The notes beneath the pieces are model-generated. The model worked only from the letters and a program-made list of their open reading frames with translations. It was not told the origin of the DNA and did not search any database. A DNA stretch of 63,958 nucleotides, counting the filler, from Vicugna vicugna (lineage: Eukaryota): assembly GCA_013265495.1 (NCBI GenBank). It is 82 parts of 79 records of this genome, joined end to end, with 100 filler letters (N's around TTAATTAATTAA, not from the genome) between each part and the next. Parts side by side here need not be neighbours in the genome. Positions count along the whole stretch, not along the records: positions 25,882 to 26,325 come from MU061985.1; positions 26,426 to 27,199 come from PNXW01021833.1; positions 27,300 to 27,891 come from PNXW01021840.1; positions 27,992 to 28,482 come from PNXW01021841.1; positions 28,583 to 29,214 come from PNXW01021848.1; positions 29,315 to 30,038 come from PNXW01021874.1; positions 30,139 to 30,813 come from PNXW01021883.1; positions 30,914 to 31,697 come from PNXW01021884.1; 74 more parts are not named here. One strand, 5' to 3'. Of the stretch, positions 25,882 to 38,771 are shown piece by piece. Made by a program: the position numbers and the translations under genes. Numbering within the stretch: position 1 is the first letter of the stretch; every line of letters starts with the position of its first letter.

Positions 25882-26325
25882 CTCAACTCAGGAATGCATG
25901 TTTGTCAAATCCGTCATACATGTAGACTGTACGGAACCCAGAATGCCATGTTGTTGCAATACAAGTAAATTGCATATCTGTTAGGTGGAAAATGCTCCAG
26001 ACCTATTTTTCTGTGAAAAATGCACGAATTCGAACCTGGTGTTAGGGAAAGCTTGTGAAAATGTGTACACGTGTCTAGATGAAAATATTCCTTTTATAGA
26101 GGATGAAAGATTAGTAATCCACATGCTCTCAACTCAGGANNNNNNNNNNNNNNNNNNNNNNNNNNNNNNNNNNNNNNNNNNNNNNNNNNNNNNNNNNNNN
26201 NNNNNNNNNNNNNNNNNNNNNNNNNNNNNNNNNNNNNNNNNNNNNNNNNNNNNNNNNNNNNNNNNNNNGATCAAAGAGTTATTCTTGGAACTGGTGATAG
26301 GAAGAAGCTACGAAGTCAAAATAAA
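25882..26325 (+). repeat. SatB satellite, duplicated-subunit variant
   Basis: ctcaactcagga at 25882 and 26128 (246 bp apart). Confidence 0.88.
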
Positions 26326-26425
26326 NNNNNNNNNNNNNNNNNNNNNNNNNNNNNNNNNNNNNNNNNNNNTTAATTAATTAANNNNNNNNNNNNNNNNNNN
26401 NNNNNNNNNNNNNNNNNNNNNNNNN

Positions 26426-27199
26426 AAAAATAAACTCCAAGAGTATTAAGGACCTAAATGTAATACCTGATACTATAAAACAGCTAGAAGGGAATTTAGG
26501 TGATAACCTATTGCATATATATCATAGGAATATTTTCTTATATCAGTCTCCTTAAGCAAAAGAAACAAAAGCAAAAATAAGCAAGTGGGACCTAAATAAA
26601 CTTGAAAATTTCTGCACAGCTTAGGACAGAATCAGTGAAATGAAAACTCTACCTGTGTAATTGGAGAACATATTTGCAAACAATGCAAGTGACCAGGGTT
26701 TAATAGATGTAGGTTAGTAGATGTAACATGGATTTAGGTTACACAAGTAACATGGATTTAGGTTACACAATTCAAGGTGAAAAACAAAAACCCAATAAAA
26801 AACAAGAGCAGAGTACCTGAGTCAATATTTTTCCAAAGAAAACATACAAATGAGTAACAGGCAAGTGATAAAATTGCTCAACATTACTAATTATTAGGTA
26901 ATTGCAAATCAAAACCACAATGAATTATCACTTCAAACTGGTGAAATGGCTATTATCAAAAAGACTACAAATAGTAAGTGTTGGAGGAGATGTGGAGGTA
27001 AGAAATCTCTTGTATACTCTAGGTAGTAATATAAATTGCTACAACTTCTTCGGAAAACACTATTCAGATTTGTTTAAACACTAAAAAGTTAACTACCATA
27101 TGACCCAGTAATACCTCTCCTAGGAAACATCTGGAAGAAAATCCTAAATTGAGTGGAACCAATGTTCACAACACCACTGTTTATAATATGCAAGACAGG
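26426..27199 (+). mobile_element. LINE-1 ORF2 C-terminal region, degenerate
   Basis: gcaaaaataagcaagtgggacctaaataaact (KWDL), tgcaaatcaaaaccacaatg (QIKTTM), tgttggaggagatgtgg. Confidence 0.88.
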
Positions 27200-29314
27200 N
27201 NNNNNNNNNNNNNNNNNNNNNNNNNNNNNNNNNNNNNNNNNNNTTAATTAATTAANNNNNNNNNNNNNNNNNNNNNNNNNNNNNNNNNNNNNNNNNNNNG
27301 AAAGCCTCATTTAAAATTTGGATTTTGATAGAACTGCAGCTAAAGCCAAAGGAAAAATATTTTAGTAATATTTTAAACCAAAATACAAGACTACAATAAG
27401 CGTAATGTATAAAACCTCTGATTTCATGTTTACTATGCAAAGATAATATCATCAAAATATGAACACAGCTGACGATATTTTGATATTCCTTATTTGGAAA
27501 ATACACATTTTAAAAGTATAGACATCAAATTTAAGAAGTTAGCATTTGCAGTAATGGTGAATGCCAATTTTCAAAAGCAGCTTTAATACATTTATTTAGA
27601 TTTGTGGTAAGATTCGTAGTTGCAAGCAAAGTTTCTTATAATCTTGAATACTTATGGCATTGTCCTCTTTTTTTAGAAAAAATAAAGGATTTAACTTTGG
27701 AGTTTTATACAATTTTCAAAATCTAGCTTTATATTTATATTACCATAGATTGATATAAATATAAAATAAAATTTTATATACAAGTTAACACGTGGTAACT
27801 AAAATTACTGAATATGTTGCTTAAAGCAGAGACTTATTTTCTTTTCCCAGAAAGTCAGCTAGACAGGCAAATCTTTGAAAATTCTGCCGCANNNNNNNNN
27901 NNNNNNNNNNNNNNNNNNNNNNNNNNNNNNNNNNNTTAATTAATTAANNNNNNNNNNNNNNNNNNNNNNNNNNNNNNNNNNNNNNNNNNNNCAACAGATT
28001 TTGCTGCAATGCCTAGTCTTCATGCCCTTTATTCTCCTAATCGCTGAGATCTAATAGTTCATGTTACCACCTTACCTCTCTTATTCCTCTAATTTGTTTC
28101 TTTTTCCTTTTTCAAAGTCAACTCATCAGAGGCTGTTACAATGATGCATTGCACATCTCAGTTCCAATATTCATTTCTTCCTTTATACACACACACAATT
28201 GTGAGAGTTGTTGTATGTTTTTTAAACATCTTCCATGCCTTATTTAGCTTGAGTATGTATAAACATTATATATAGCGTATGAACATATATATGGGAAACA
28301 ATACTGATACACATATGTAACAATTTCCCGTTTGGGACTTCCCCAGTTCTTTGCATGTTGAGGTTTTGTTTCAACGTTGAATTTGTTTACTTTCTACAAT
28401 CCCTACCCTTCCAGTAGTATAACCTCTGAATGCCCTAATTTCCTTGCCTTTGTCTTTTCTAACTGGGAAATTTTTGTTTTCANNNNNNNNNNNNNNNNNN
28501 NNNNNNNNNNNNNNNNNNNNNNNNNNTTAATTAATTAANNNNNNNNNNNNNNNNNNNNNNNNNNNNNNNNNNNNNNNNNNNNCCAGCTGTGACCCCACAG
28601 GGTTATCCAGTTCTAGATCAGAGACCAGAACACACCTAGTTCTTCTAGTTACTCAGGTGCTAGAGCCAGGTCCTCCCCGGATACACCTAGAGCTGCTACC
28701 GGATCAGCAAGGAACACCAGCACGCACAGTGCCTTCAGGGCCGCGGGCTGAGCTGCCCCGGGTGCCAGCAGCTGCACTGGAGATGTCCTTCCCCTTCTCT
28801 GTAATTCCTTCTTTAAAAAAAAAATAAATTTGTTATATTACACACACTAAATTATTTATTCTATGACATAGTGACTTTAAAGTTAAATTTTTTGATTAAA
28901 TTGTAAATGTAAATGTACATTAAGTACATTGACAATGTTACAATAACCCCTTTTAACGTCTATTCCAGAACATTCTCATCAAAGGAAAGTACAGTATGTA
29001 CCAGTCACGCTCTGCTGCCTCCCCTCCCCTTCAGTGCTGGGGCACCCGCTGTGCCTGATGTGTCTGTGAATTTACAACCCCTGGGTATTCTTATTGGTGA
29101 TATCATGTTATAGTAGTCTCTTGTGTCTGTCTGAGTAATGTATGAGGAGACTGATTATCATGGGGTTTATTTTGCTTTAAATATAAATTTTAAATATTAA
29201 AAATATGCCATGTCNNNNNNNNNNNNNNNNNNNNNNNNNNNNNNNNNNNNNNNNNNNNTTAATTAATTAANNNNNNNNNNNNNNNNNNNNNNNNNNNNNN
29301 NNNNNNNNNNNNNN

Positions 29315-30038
29315 ATAGAATGTAGAACACAGAATATAAAATATAAATACGGAACGCAGAATATAGAATATAGTATATAGAATTAAGAACAAAAAATATA
29401 CAATATATAAAAGAGAATATAGAAACTAGAATTTAGAAATGGAATCAGAACACAGAATTAAGAATATACAATACAGAATACTGAATATAAAATTTAGAAT
29501 ATAGAATGCATTACACAGTATTTAGATTATAGAATAGAGAATATAAAACCCAGAATTTAGTACATGGAATGAAGAACACAGACTTTAGAATATAGAATAC
29601 AGAATACTGAATATAGAATTTAGAACTTAGAAACAGAACACAGAATTTAGAATATAGAATACAGAATAATGAATAAAGAATTTAGAACATGGAAATATCA
29701 GAACACAGAATTAAATTATAGAATACAGAATACTGAATGTAGAATTTAGAATATAGAATGTAGAACACAGAATATACAATATAAATACGGAATGCAGATT
29801 ATAAAATTTAGTATATAGTATTAAGAACACAAAATATACAATATATAAAAGAGAATATAGAAACCAGAATTTAGAAATGGAATCAGAAAACAGAATTAAG
29901 TACATAGAATACAGAGTACGGAATATAAAATTTAGAATATAGAATGCAGAACACAGAATTTAGATTATATAATAGAGAATATAAAACACAGAATTTAGTA
30001 CATGGAATGCATGACACTTAATTTAGAATATAGAATAC
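29315..30038 (-). repeat. SatD heptamer satellite
   Basis: (AGAATAT)n variants. Confidence 0.92.
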
Positions 30039-30138
30039 NNNNNNNNNNNNNNNNNNNNNNNNNNNNNNNNNNNNNNNNNNNNTTAATTAATTAANNNNNN
30101 NNNNNNNNNNNNNNNNNNNNNNNNNNNNNNNNNNNNNN

Positions 30139-30813
30139 ATAGAAATTAGAATAAAGAATACAGAATACTAAATAAAGAATTTAGAATATAGAATTAAGAA
30201 CACAGAATTTAGAATATAGAGTAAAGAATACAGAATATTGAATTAAGAATATAGAATGTGGAACACAGAATATAGAATAGAGAATAGAGAATATAGAACC
30301 CAGAATTTAGAACTTGGAATATAGAACACAGAATTTAGAATATAGAATACAGAATACTGAATATAGAATTTAGAATACAGAACGCAGAACACAGAATATA
30401 GAATATAGAATACGGAATGCAGAATATAGAATACAGAATATAAAATTGGAATACAGAATATAGAATATGGAAAACAGAATACAGAACCCAGAATTTGGAA
30501 AATGGAATAAAGAATACGGAATATAGAGTTTAAAATATACAATGTAGATCACAGAATATAGAAAATAGAATAGAGAATATAGAACCCAGAATTTAGAACA
30601 TGGAATGCAGAACAAAGAATTTAGAATAAATTATACAGAATACTGAATATAGAATTTAGAACATAGAATGCAGAACACAGAATTTAGGATATAGCATGCA
30701 CATGGAATGCAGAACGCAGAATTTAGAATATAGAATACAAAATATTGAATATAAAATTTAAAATTTACAAAGAAGAACACAGAGTATAGAATATAGAATA
30801 CGGAATACTGAAT
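30139..30813 (-). repeat. SatD heptamer satellite
   Basis: (AGAATAT)n variants with agaacccagaatttagaacatggaatgcag. Confidence 0.92.
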
Positions 30814-31797
30814 NNNNNNNNNNNNNNNNNNNNNNNNNNNNNNNNNNNNNNNNNNNNTTAATTAATTAANNNNNNNNNNNNNNNNNNNNNNNNNNNNNNN
30901 NNNNNNNNNNNNNCAGACTATTTCTAACATCAGTAAAATATAAACCTCGGTCAGCTCGTTGGGCAGACCACGCAGCACAGAGGCCTGCACAGGGCTGTGC
31001 GAACGGCTTACGTGAAGGATCCTCATCATCTGTCTTCAGAGATACAGAAGCTGGTGGTTCAGGTAAAACCACAGGGAGGGATTGAGGAATCCAAAGCTGG
31101 TTGGTTTCAAAGGCTAACTGGTCAGACCAGACCCCTGAGCTGTGGTCAGAAGCCTGGCTCAACATCACGCAGACTCTGCCCCCTAAGTGCCGGGTGGGGC
31201 CGGTGCTGTTCCCTTTGCAGGCTCACGTTGGGGAGTCACTGTAGCCCCTTAAATGCAGCAGAGATTCCAGCCCCCTTGGCCCCCCACCTTGAGAGTTCCA
31301 TGACACAAATCCCGGGAGTGTTTAATTTTCATCTTTATTTAGGAGGGTGAAGGTGGGGCAAGAGGAGACATAAATTCATACTGATTGACACTAGGTCACA
31401 GCCAATACCTCCTCCACGGAGAGCTATGTGCTCCCACAGTGGTGGCTGGGGGGCTGGGCGGAGAACCTCCAGACTCGCTCCCCACAACTGATGGGTTGGA
31501 CAACAGATCCAGAGGGAGGCAGAGCATCTTTCCTGGGAATTTGGAACTGACACACAGAAATCAAGTTCACTCATCTGGGGATTGGCGGAGGGGAGGGGCG
31601 GTGGTTGGAAATCAAATGAAACCAGAACATGAGAGAAAGTTAGAAGTGAAAAAGCGAGAGACAGAGAGACTGAGCTTGTGAGAGAAAATAGTCAGAANNN
31701 NNNNNNNNNNNNNNNNNNNNNNNNNNNNNNNNNNNNNNNNNTTAATTAATTAANNNNNNNNNNNNNNNNNNNNNNNNNNNNNNNNNNNNNNNNNNNN

Positions 31798-32443
31798 ATG
31801 GAATAACTGTGCCCCCTTAAAAATGCGAGTGCTATGTTTCCCCACCACCAGCACACACAGGAAGAAGTATTCTGGGGTTCTGAGTGTGGGGAGGTTCCTC
31901 CAACAGACAGCAGCACCTGGCTTTTAATAGAATCCCTTAGCTTGATTTCCCTAAGTGTATTCCTAGGCCTAGCAGTAAGCGATGGTGGGGGATGGGCTCT
32001 AAAGCCAAGTATTAGCGAGTGCATCTCTGTGGGCAGTGGAGAGGTTTTAAACTACTTCCCCAACCTTGGAACACCTGTGCCCCATAAAGATGCGTGGAAT
32101 CTGTTTCCCCACCTCCAGCACACACACGGAGACGTGCTCAGTTATCCTGTTTGTGGGGAGGCTCCTCCAAATGACAGCAGCGCCTGGGTTCTAATAGAAT
32201 CCCTTAGCTTGACTTCCCTGATGGCATGCCTAGGCTGGAGAGAGTGAGCAAGATGGGGTTGGTCCCTAAACCAAGTATTAGCGAGAGCCTATCCATGGGA
32301 TGTGGGTTTTTAACTTACAACCCACAACCATGGAATAAATGTGCCCCTGAAATATGCTTTGAATGTTTCCCTACATCCAGCACAAACGCGAAGAACTTTT
32401 CTGGTATTCTGAGTGTGGGGAGGTTCCTCAAACTGACAGTAGC
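31798..32443 (-). repeat. SatA' diverged satellite
   Basis: tgtgggga at 31885, 32152 and 32414 gives periods of 267 and 262. Confidence 0.88.
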
Positions 32444-32757
32444 NNNNNNNNNNNNNNNNNNNNNNNNNNNNNNNNNNNNNNNNNNNNTTAATTAATTAAN
32501 NNNNNNNNNNNNNNNNNNNNNNNNNNNNNNNNNNNNNNNNNNNTTTGTTACACAGAGCAGTTGCTGAGCTAAGCTGGGCTGAGCACCGAGGCCTGGACCA
32601 CGAGTGCGGGGGCGTGACTAGTGAGTGACACAAGATGTGGGGACACTTGACAGGACACCACTACCCATGGTGACCTAGGTAATGAAGTGCTCAAGGTCGC
32701 ACCACATTCCAAAGTACAGGTGTCTGAGCTTTGGGAGGGAAAGCAGGGCTGGGGTCA

Positions 32758-33085
32758 CTGCATGGACTGAACACCTGTGTCCCCCCAAAATCCATATGTG
32801 AATCCTTAATACCCAGGTGATGGTGCTTGGAGGCGGGGCCCTTGGGAGGTGACCAGGGCACGAGGGGGATCTCTCCTGCCTGAGATTATGAAGGGGATCC
32901 CTCTTCCCCTTCACCACACACACACCGCACAGTGAGAATAGGGCCTCTGGGAACCGGGACCTGGGCCTCCTCCAACACCCAGTCTGCTGGCACCTTGGAG
33001 TCTGAACCCGTCCTCCAGAACCAGGAGGAACACACGTGTTGTTAAGTCTCCCAGGCTGTGGTGTCGACACAGAGGCAGTTACGTT
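32758..33085 (+). mobile_element. MaLR LTR (MLT1A-like)
   Basis: tggactgaacacctgtgtccccccaaaatccatatgtgaatccttaatacccaggtgatggtgcttggaggcggggcccttgggaggtga...ctgctggcaccttgg...cctccagaacc. Confidence 0.8.
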
Positions 33086-33377
33086 CTGGTGTCTGCACCC
33101 ACTCCGTGGCCCAGAGGCCTCTAGGCTGGAGCAGGACCATCGTTGCCCAGGTGGTGTGTGAGAAGAGCTCGTGCGTGTTGGTGTGCGGGGCATAAACACC
33201 ACGTGTGTTACATCTGATAAAGGAAAACAAAGCCTTGTGCGTTCACCACACAAATGAGGACACGGAGGCCCAGAGACNNNNNNNNNNNNNNNNNNNNNNN
33301 NNNNNNNNNNNNNNNNNNNNNTTAATTAATTAANNNNNNNNNNNNNNNNNNNNNNNNNNNNNNNNNNNNNNNNNNNN

Positions 33378-34017
33378 AAACGGCAGGCAATTCAAACCGA
33401 CACTAGGAAACAGACTGAGAAAACAGAGTAACGGTTTATTCTACAACCCGTTCCATTTGTGCTGGATGAACGAAATTCTCTCCACATGCTCAGTTCTGAG
33501 AGATAATTGTGTGTGAAAGCCATCCTTCACCTATCTTGAAGGGAACAGAAAGTTTCTTTTAAGTTGCAAACTCCACACCATACATATATATGGGTAGGTA
33601 CAAGCTCCAACACGTTTTTACAGTGAAAACGGCAGGCACTTCAAACCGGCACTAGGAAACAGACTGAGAAACCAGAGTAAGGGTTTCTCCTGCAACCCGT
33701 TCCCTTTGGGCTGGATGAAAACGTGTCTCCACATGCTCAGTTCTGAGAGATAATTGTGTGTGAAAGCCGTCCTTCACCAAGCTTGAAGGGAACACAAAGT
33801 TACTTTTCAGTTGCAAAATCCACTCCATAAATATATATGGGGTGGAACAAGCTCCAACTCAGATTTACAGTGAAAACGGCAGGCACTTCAAACCGGCACT
33901 AGGAAGCAGACTGAGAAACCAGAGAAAGGGTTTCTCCTGCAACCCGTTCCAGTTGCGCTTAATGAACGAACTTCTCTCCACATGCCTAGTTCTGAGAGAT
34001 AAGTGTGTGTGAAAGCC
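33378..34017 (+). repeat. SatC ~248-bp satellite
   Basis: cggcaggca at 33381, 33630 and 33877 (249 and 247 bp). Confidence 0.93.
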
Positions 34018-34117
34018 NNNNNNNNNNNNNNNNNNNNNNNNNNNNNNNNNNNNNNNNNNNNTTAATTAATTAANNNNNNNNNNNNNNNNNNNNNNNNNNN
34101 NNNNNNNNNNNNNNNNN

Positions 34118-34896
34118 AGAGCTGCGTGGAGATGTCTCTCGAGCTCCACCACGCACTGACAAAGTTTCCGGAATCCTAGGCGTGGCGAGGTTCCACCAAC
34201 GGTCGGCAACGCGTGGGTTCTAACGGAATGCCTAAGCTCGTCACCCCTGAGGGTTTTCCTAATGTCTCTGTGCCAAGGAATGCTAGGGGGGTTTGAAGGG
34301 TATCCCAGTGACAGAGGCTGCCTCCCCAAGGTCAGGGAAGNNNNNNNNNNNNNNNNNNNNNNNNNNNNNNNNNNNNNNNNNNNNNNNNNNNNNNNNNNNN
34401 NNNNNNNNNNNNNNNNNNNNNNNNNNNNNNNNNNNNNNNNNNNNNNNNNNNNNNNNNNNNNNNNNNNNNNNNNNNNNNNNNNNNNNNNNNNNNNNNNNNN
34501 NNNNNNNNNNNNNNNNNNNNNNNNNNNNNNNNNNNNNNNNNNNNNNNNNNNNNNNNNNNNNNNNNNNNNNNNNNNNNNNNNNNNNNNNNNNNNNNNNNNN
34601 NNNNNNNNNNNNNNNNNNNNNNNNNNNNNNNNNNNNNNNNNNNNNNNNNNNNNNNNNNNNNNNNNNNNNNNNNNNNNNNNNNNNNNNNNNNNNNNNNNNN
34701 NNNNNNNNNNNNNNNNNNNNNNNNNNNNNNNNNNNNNNNNNNNNNNNNNNNNNNNNNNNNNNNNNNNNNNNNNNNNNNNNNNNNNNNNNNNNNNNNNNNN
34801 NNNNNNNNNNNNNNNNNNNNNNNNNNNNNNNNNNNNCAGTGACAGAGGCTTCCTCCCTAAGTTCAGGGAAGGTATTTATCGGACTTCCCCGAACAG
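34118..34896 (-). repeat. SatA 267-bp satellite (gapped)
   Basis: Reverse-complement SatA. Confidence 0.92.
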
Positions 34897-34999
34897 NNNN
34901 NNNNNNNNNNNNNNNNNNNNNNNNNNNNNNNNNNNNNNNNTTAATTAATTAANNNNNNNNNNNNNNNNNNNNNNNNNNNNNNNNNNNNNNNNNNNNAGA

Positions 35000-35175
35000 G
35001 GGGAGGGTACAGCTCAAGGGATGGGGCGCATGCTTAGCAAGTATAAGGTCCTGGATTCAGCCCCCATCACGTCCTCTAAAATAGACAAATAACCTTAATT
35101 ACCTCCCCACCCCCACCAGAATTACCTTATTATCTCCCCACCACCAAAAAAAAAAAAAAAAAACAAACAAAAAAC
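35000..35175 (+). mobile_element. Camelid tRNA-derived SINE (Vic-1-like)
   Basis: GGGGAGGGTACAGCTCAAGGG...GCGCATGCTTAGCA...AGGTCCTGGATTCAG (degenerate A/B boxes), followed by a C-rich linker and poly(A). Confidence 0.8.
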
Positions 35176-35224
35176 CCCAACCCAAAAAAGACTCAAGCTG
35201 GAACACCTGTGTTGGTTTCTCGCT

Positions 35225-35390
35225 GTCGACCTTGTAAATGTCATTTACCCTCTGTGTCTATCAAGTTCCTCACCAATAAAATAGGGATAATTGTAGTACC
35301 CACCTCGTAGAGATGCTATGGGGATTAATGAATCTGTGTCAGTGATACAACATCCCAGGCTTATATTAAGTACTATGCATCTGTCGGCTC
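35225..35390 (+). mobile_element. MIR SINE remnant
   Basis: gaccttgtaaatgtcattt...ttcctcaccaataaaatagggataattgtagtacccacctcgtag. Confidence 0.7.
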
Positions 35391-35619
35391 TTTTCATAAT
35401 TACTGACAGATGTTATTATCGACAAAAGATGTATTAGTTCTTTGAAAGGGAAATGCATGTCAGACCATTTCATTTANNNNNNNNNNNNNNNNNNNNNNNN
35501 NNNNNNNNNNNNNNNNNNNNTTAATTAATTAANNNNNNNNNNNNNNNNNNNNNNNNNNNNNNNNNNNNNNNNNNNNAAAATTCTTGATGCCTTTGTTCTT
35601 CATTTCAGAGTTCACTTGG

Positions 35620-35960
35620 TGCTAATAATAGTAACCAATGCAACAGCAAACCCTTACAGAGCTCTGTCCTGCTGTTCCAGGAACGCTGTGTTCACGACAA
35701 CCCAATGAGGTGGCACTTTACAGGAAGGACAGTCATTAATCACACAGCTAGTAACTGACAGAGCTGGGACTTGAACCCAGAAGCTCTCTGGCCCCAGAGC
35801 CCCCTCTCAGGCCCTTCAATGCAGCTCATCACTTGGCATGCCCGACACAGGCCAGCATTTCGGAGCAGCGTGACCTTGGCCAAGGCTGCTTCACCGCTTG
35901 GTCTCTGTTTCCTCATCTGTAGAATGGGGGTGTGGGCAGCGAACTCTGTGAGCTGAGGGG
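35620..35960. mobile_element. Two MIR remnants in opposite orientation
   Basis: cacacagctagtaactgacagagctgggacttgaaccc (minus) and gtgaccttggccaag...tttcctcatctgtagaatgggg (plus). Confidence 0.7.
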
Positions 35961-36253
35961 TCACTTCCTCCAGCCCTGCTATTCTACTGCTTAATAGTAA
36001 GTATCCCAGCCACTGAATGGCCCACCCATAGGCTGGCGCTTTGCTAGGCCCTGGGTTACCAGAAAAGTAAGATCAGCCTGCTTCTCAGAGAAGCCTGTGT
36101 CCCTCCATAGCAAACATCTGTGAGGCCCAGCCTCCCTCGCTGGCGGTCGGGGGNNNNNNNNNNNNNNNNNNNNNNNNNNNNNNNNNNNNNNNNNNNNTTA
36201 ATTAATTAANNNNNNNNNNNNNNNNNNNNNNNNNNNNNNNNNNNNNNNNNNNN

Positions 36254-37095
36254 AAATATCTTCCCTGTCCATGGGGAGGCTGCCTCTGTCACTGGGATCC
36301 CCTGCAACCCCCCATAGCATTCACTGGCAGAGAGACATGAGGAAAACACTCAGGGGAGACGAGCACAGACATTATCATCGAACCCAAGCTCTGCCGACCT
36401 TTGGTGGATCCTCCCCACTCTCAGGATTCCGGAACAATTTTCAGTGAGTGGGGGAGCTCGAGAGACAACTCCACGCAGCTCTATTCAGTCACAGGTGTTC
36501 CCTGTTCAGGGAAGTCCGAGAAATATCTTCNNNNNNNNNNNNNNNNNNNNNNNNNNNNNNNNNGGCAGCCTATGTCACTGGGATATCCTGCAAATCCCCC
36601 TAGCATTCCCTGGCACAGAGACATTAGAAAAACCATCAGGGGAGACGAGCTTAGGCATTACGTTGAACCCACGCTCTGCCAACCGTTGGTGGAACCTCCC
36701 CACGCTCAGGATTCCGGAACGATTGTCAATGCGTGGGGGAGCTCGAAAGACAACTCCACGCAGCTCTCTTAAGTCACATGTGTCCCCTGATCGGGGAAGT
36801 CTGAGAAATAACTTCCCTGAACTTGGGGAGGCTGCCTCTGTCCCTGGGATATCCTAAAAACCCCCCTAGCATTCCCTGGCACAGAGACATTAGAAAAACC
36901 ATCAGGGGAGACGAGCTTAGGCATTACGTTGAACCCACGCTCTGCCAACCGTTGGTGGAACCTCCCCACGCTCATGATTCCGGAACCATTTTCGGTGCGT
37001 GGGGGAGCTCGATAGACAACTCCACGCAGCTCTCTTAAGTCACATGTGTCCCCTGATCGGGGAAGTCTGAGAAATAACTTCCCTGAACTTGGGGA
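36254..37095 (+). repeat. SatA 267-bp satellite
   Basis: Three monomers; the last two are nearly identical. Confidence 0.95.
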
Positions 37096-37195
37096 NNNNN
37101 NNNNNNNNNNNNNNNNNNNNNNNNNNNNNNNNNNNNNNNTTAATTAATTAANNNNNNNNNNNNNNNNNNNNNNNNNNNNNNNNNNNNNNNNNNNN

Positions 37196-37655
37196 CATAC
37201 ATGTCGGATTCGACAAACATGAGTTTCTCAGTTTTGAGAACGTGGATTACTGAACTTTCATCCACGAAACAATGCATATTTTTTCTTAGAAATATTTACT
37301 CTGACTTCATAGGTTTTTTCAATCACCAGTTCCTAAAATAGGACATAAGGCACCAGAATAATCACTTNNNNNNNNNNNNNNNNNNNNNNNNNNNNNNNNN
37401 NNNNNNNTTTAAATAACCATGGCATTCCGTATATGGAACATGTTTCATGCACAAGGATTCCTCAAACAGGCATTTCTGCGTTGTGAACATGCGCATGACT
37501 GATGTTTCAAACACCAAACAATTTAAACATGCACATTGAAATATTTAATTTGACTTGGTAGCTTCTTCCTATCACCAATTTCAAGAAAAAAACTTTGATC
37601 CCAGAAAAACACTCTTGGAGTGAATTCAACCCTAGAGAGATATAATTTGAAAAGA
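37196..37655 (-). repeat. SatB satellite, more diverged copy
   Basis: Matches SatB subunits. Confidence 0.85.
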
Positions 37656-37755
37656 NNNNNNNNNNNNNNNNNNNNNNNNNNNNNNNNNNNNNNNNNNNNT
37701 TAATTAATTAANNNNNNNNNNNNNNNNNNNNNNNNNNNNNNNNNNNNNNNNNNNN

Positions 37756-38671
37756 GGAATATCATCTAGATGAAATCTATTCAAATTACATATCTCTAGT
37801 TTAGAATTCGCTCGAAGAGGGTTTTTCTGGGATCAAAGTGTGTTTCTTGAAACTGGTGATAGGAATAAGCTATGAAGACAAAGTATATATTTCAGAGTGC
37901 TTAGGTATCTTGTTTGGTGGTTGAAATATCAGTCATACGCATGTTCACAACTGAGAAATTCATGTTTGAGGAATCCATGATGCATGAAACATGTTCGTAA
38001 TTCGGAATTCCATGGTTATGTAAACAATGTAAATTACATGTGTATTGGTGAGAATTCGCTCAAAGAGTGTTTTCTGGTGTCAAATGTCCGATTTTAGACC
38101 CTGGTGATAGAAAAAACCTATGAAGTCAGAGTAAATAATTCTAAGTGTATATATGCCTTGTATGGTGGATGAAAGTTCAATAATCCTCATGCTCACAACT
38201 CAGAGACTCATGTTTTCGTATCTGTCATGCATGTAGCATGTACGGAACCTGGAATGCCATGTTGATGGAATTCATGTAAATTACATATCTGTTAGGTGGA
38301 AATCGCTCCAGAATTATTTTTCTGTGAAAAAACACGAATTCCAAACTGGTGCTAGAGAAAGCATCTGAAAATGTGTTCACGTGTCTAGATGAAAATATTC
38401 CTTTTATAGAGGATGAGGGATTTGTAATCCAGATGCCCTCAACTCAGGAATGCATGTTTGTCGAATCCGTCATGTATGTAGCATGTACAGAACACGGAAT
38501 ATCATGTAGATGGAATCTATTCAAATTACATATCTATGTAGGGTAGAATTCGCTCCAAGAGTGTTTTTGTGGGATCAAAGTGTGATTCTTGAAACTGGTG
38601 TTAGGGATAAGCTATGAAGTCAAAGGAAATATTTCAGAGTGCTTTGGTATCTTGTTTGGTGGTTGGAACAT
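37756..38671 (+). repeat. SatB 740-bp trimeric satellite (complete unit)
   Basis: ggaatatcat.tagatg.aatctattcaaattacatatct at 37756 and 38496 (740 bp); aaattacat anchors at 37783/38031/38278/38523 give 248+247+245. Confidence 0.95.
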
Positions 38672-38771
38672 NNNNNNNNNNNNNNNNNNNNNNNNNNNNN
38701 NNNNNNNNNNNNNNNTTAATTAATTAANNNNNNNNNNNNNNNNNNNNNNNNNNNNNNNNNNNNNNNNNNNN

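Noticed and set aside
31436..31475. CACAGTG heptamer as an RSS
   Set aside because: There is no acceptable nonamer at 12 or 23 bp and no adjacent V segment.
33540..33620. Homology between SatA and SatC (GGGAACAC, TGGGGAGGT, CCAAC)
   Set aside because: The shared words are short, their spacing is not conserved, and the unit lengths differ (267 vs 248 bp).
35000..35075. tRNA gene
   Set aside because: Degenerate A/B boxes followed by a linker and poly(A) indicate a SINE head, not a tRNA.
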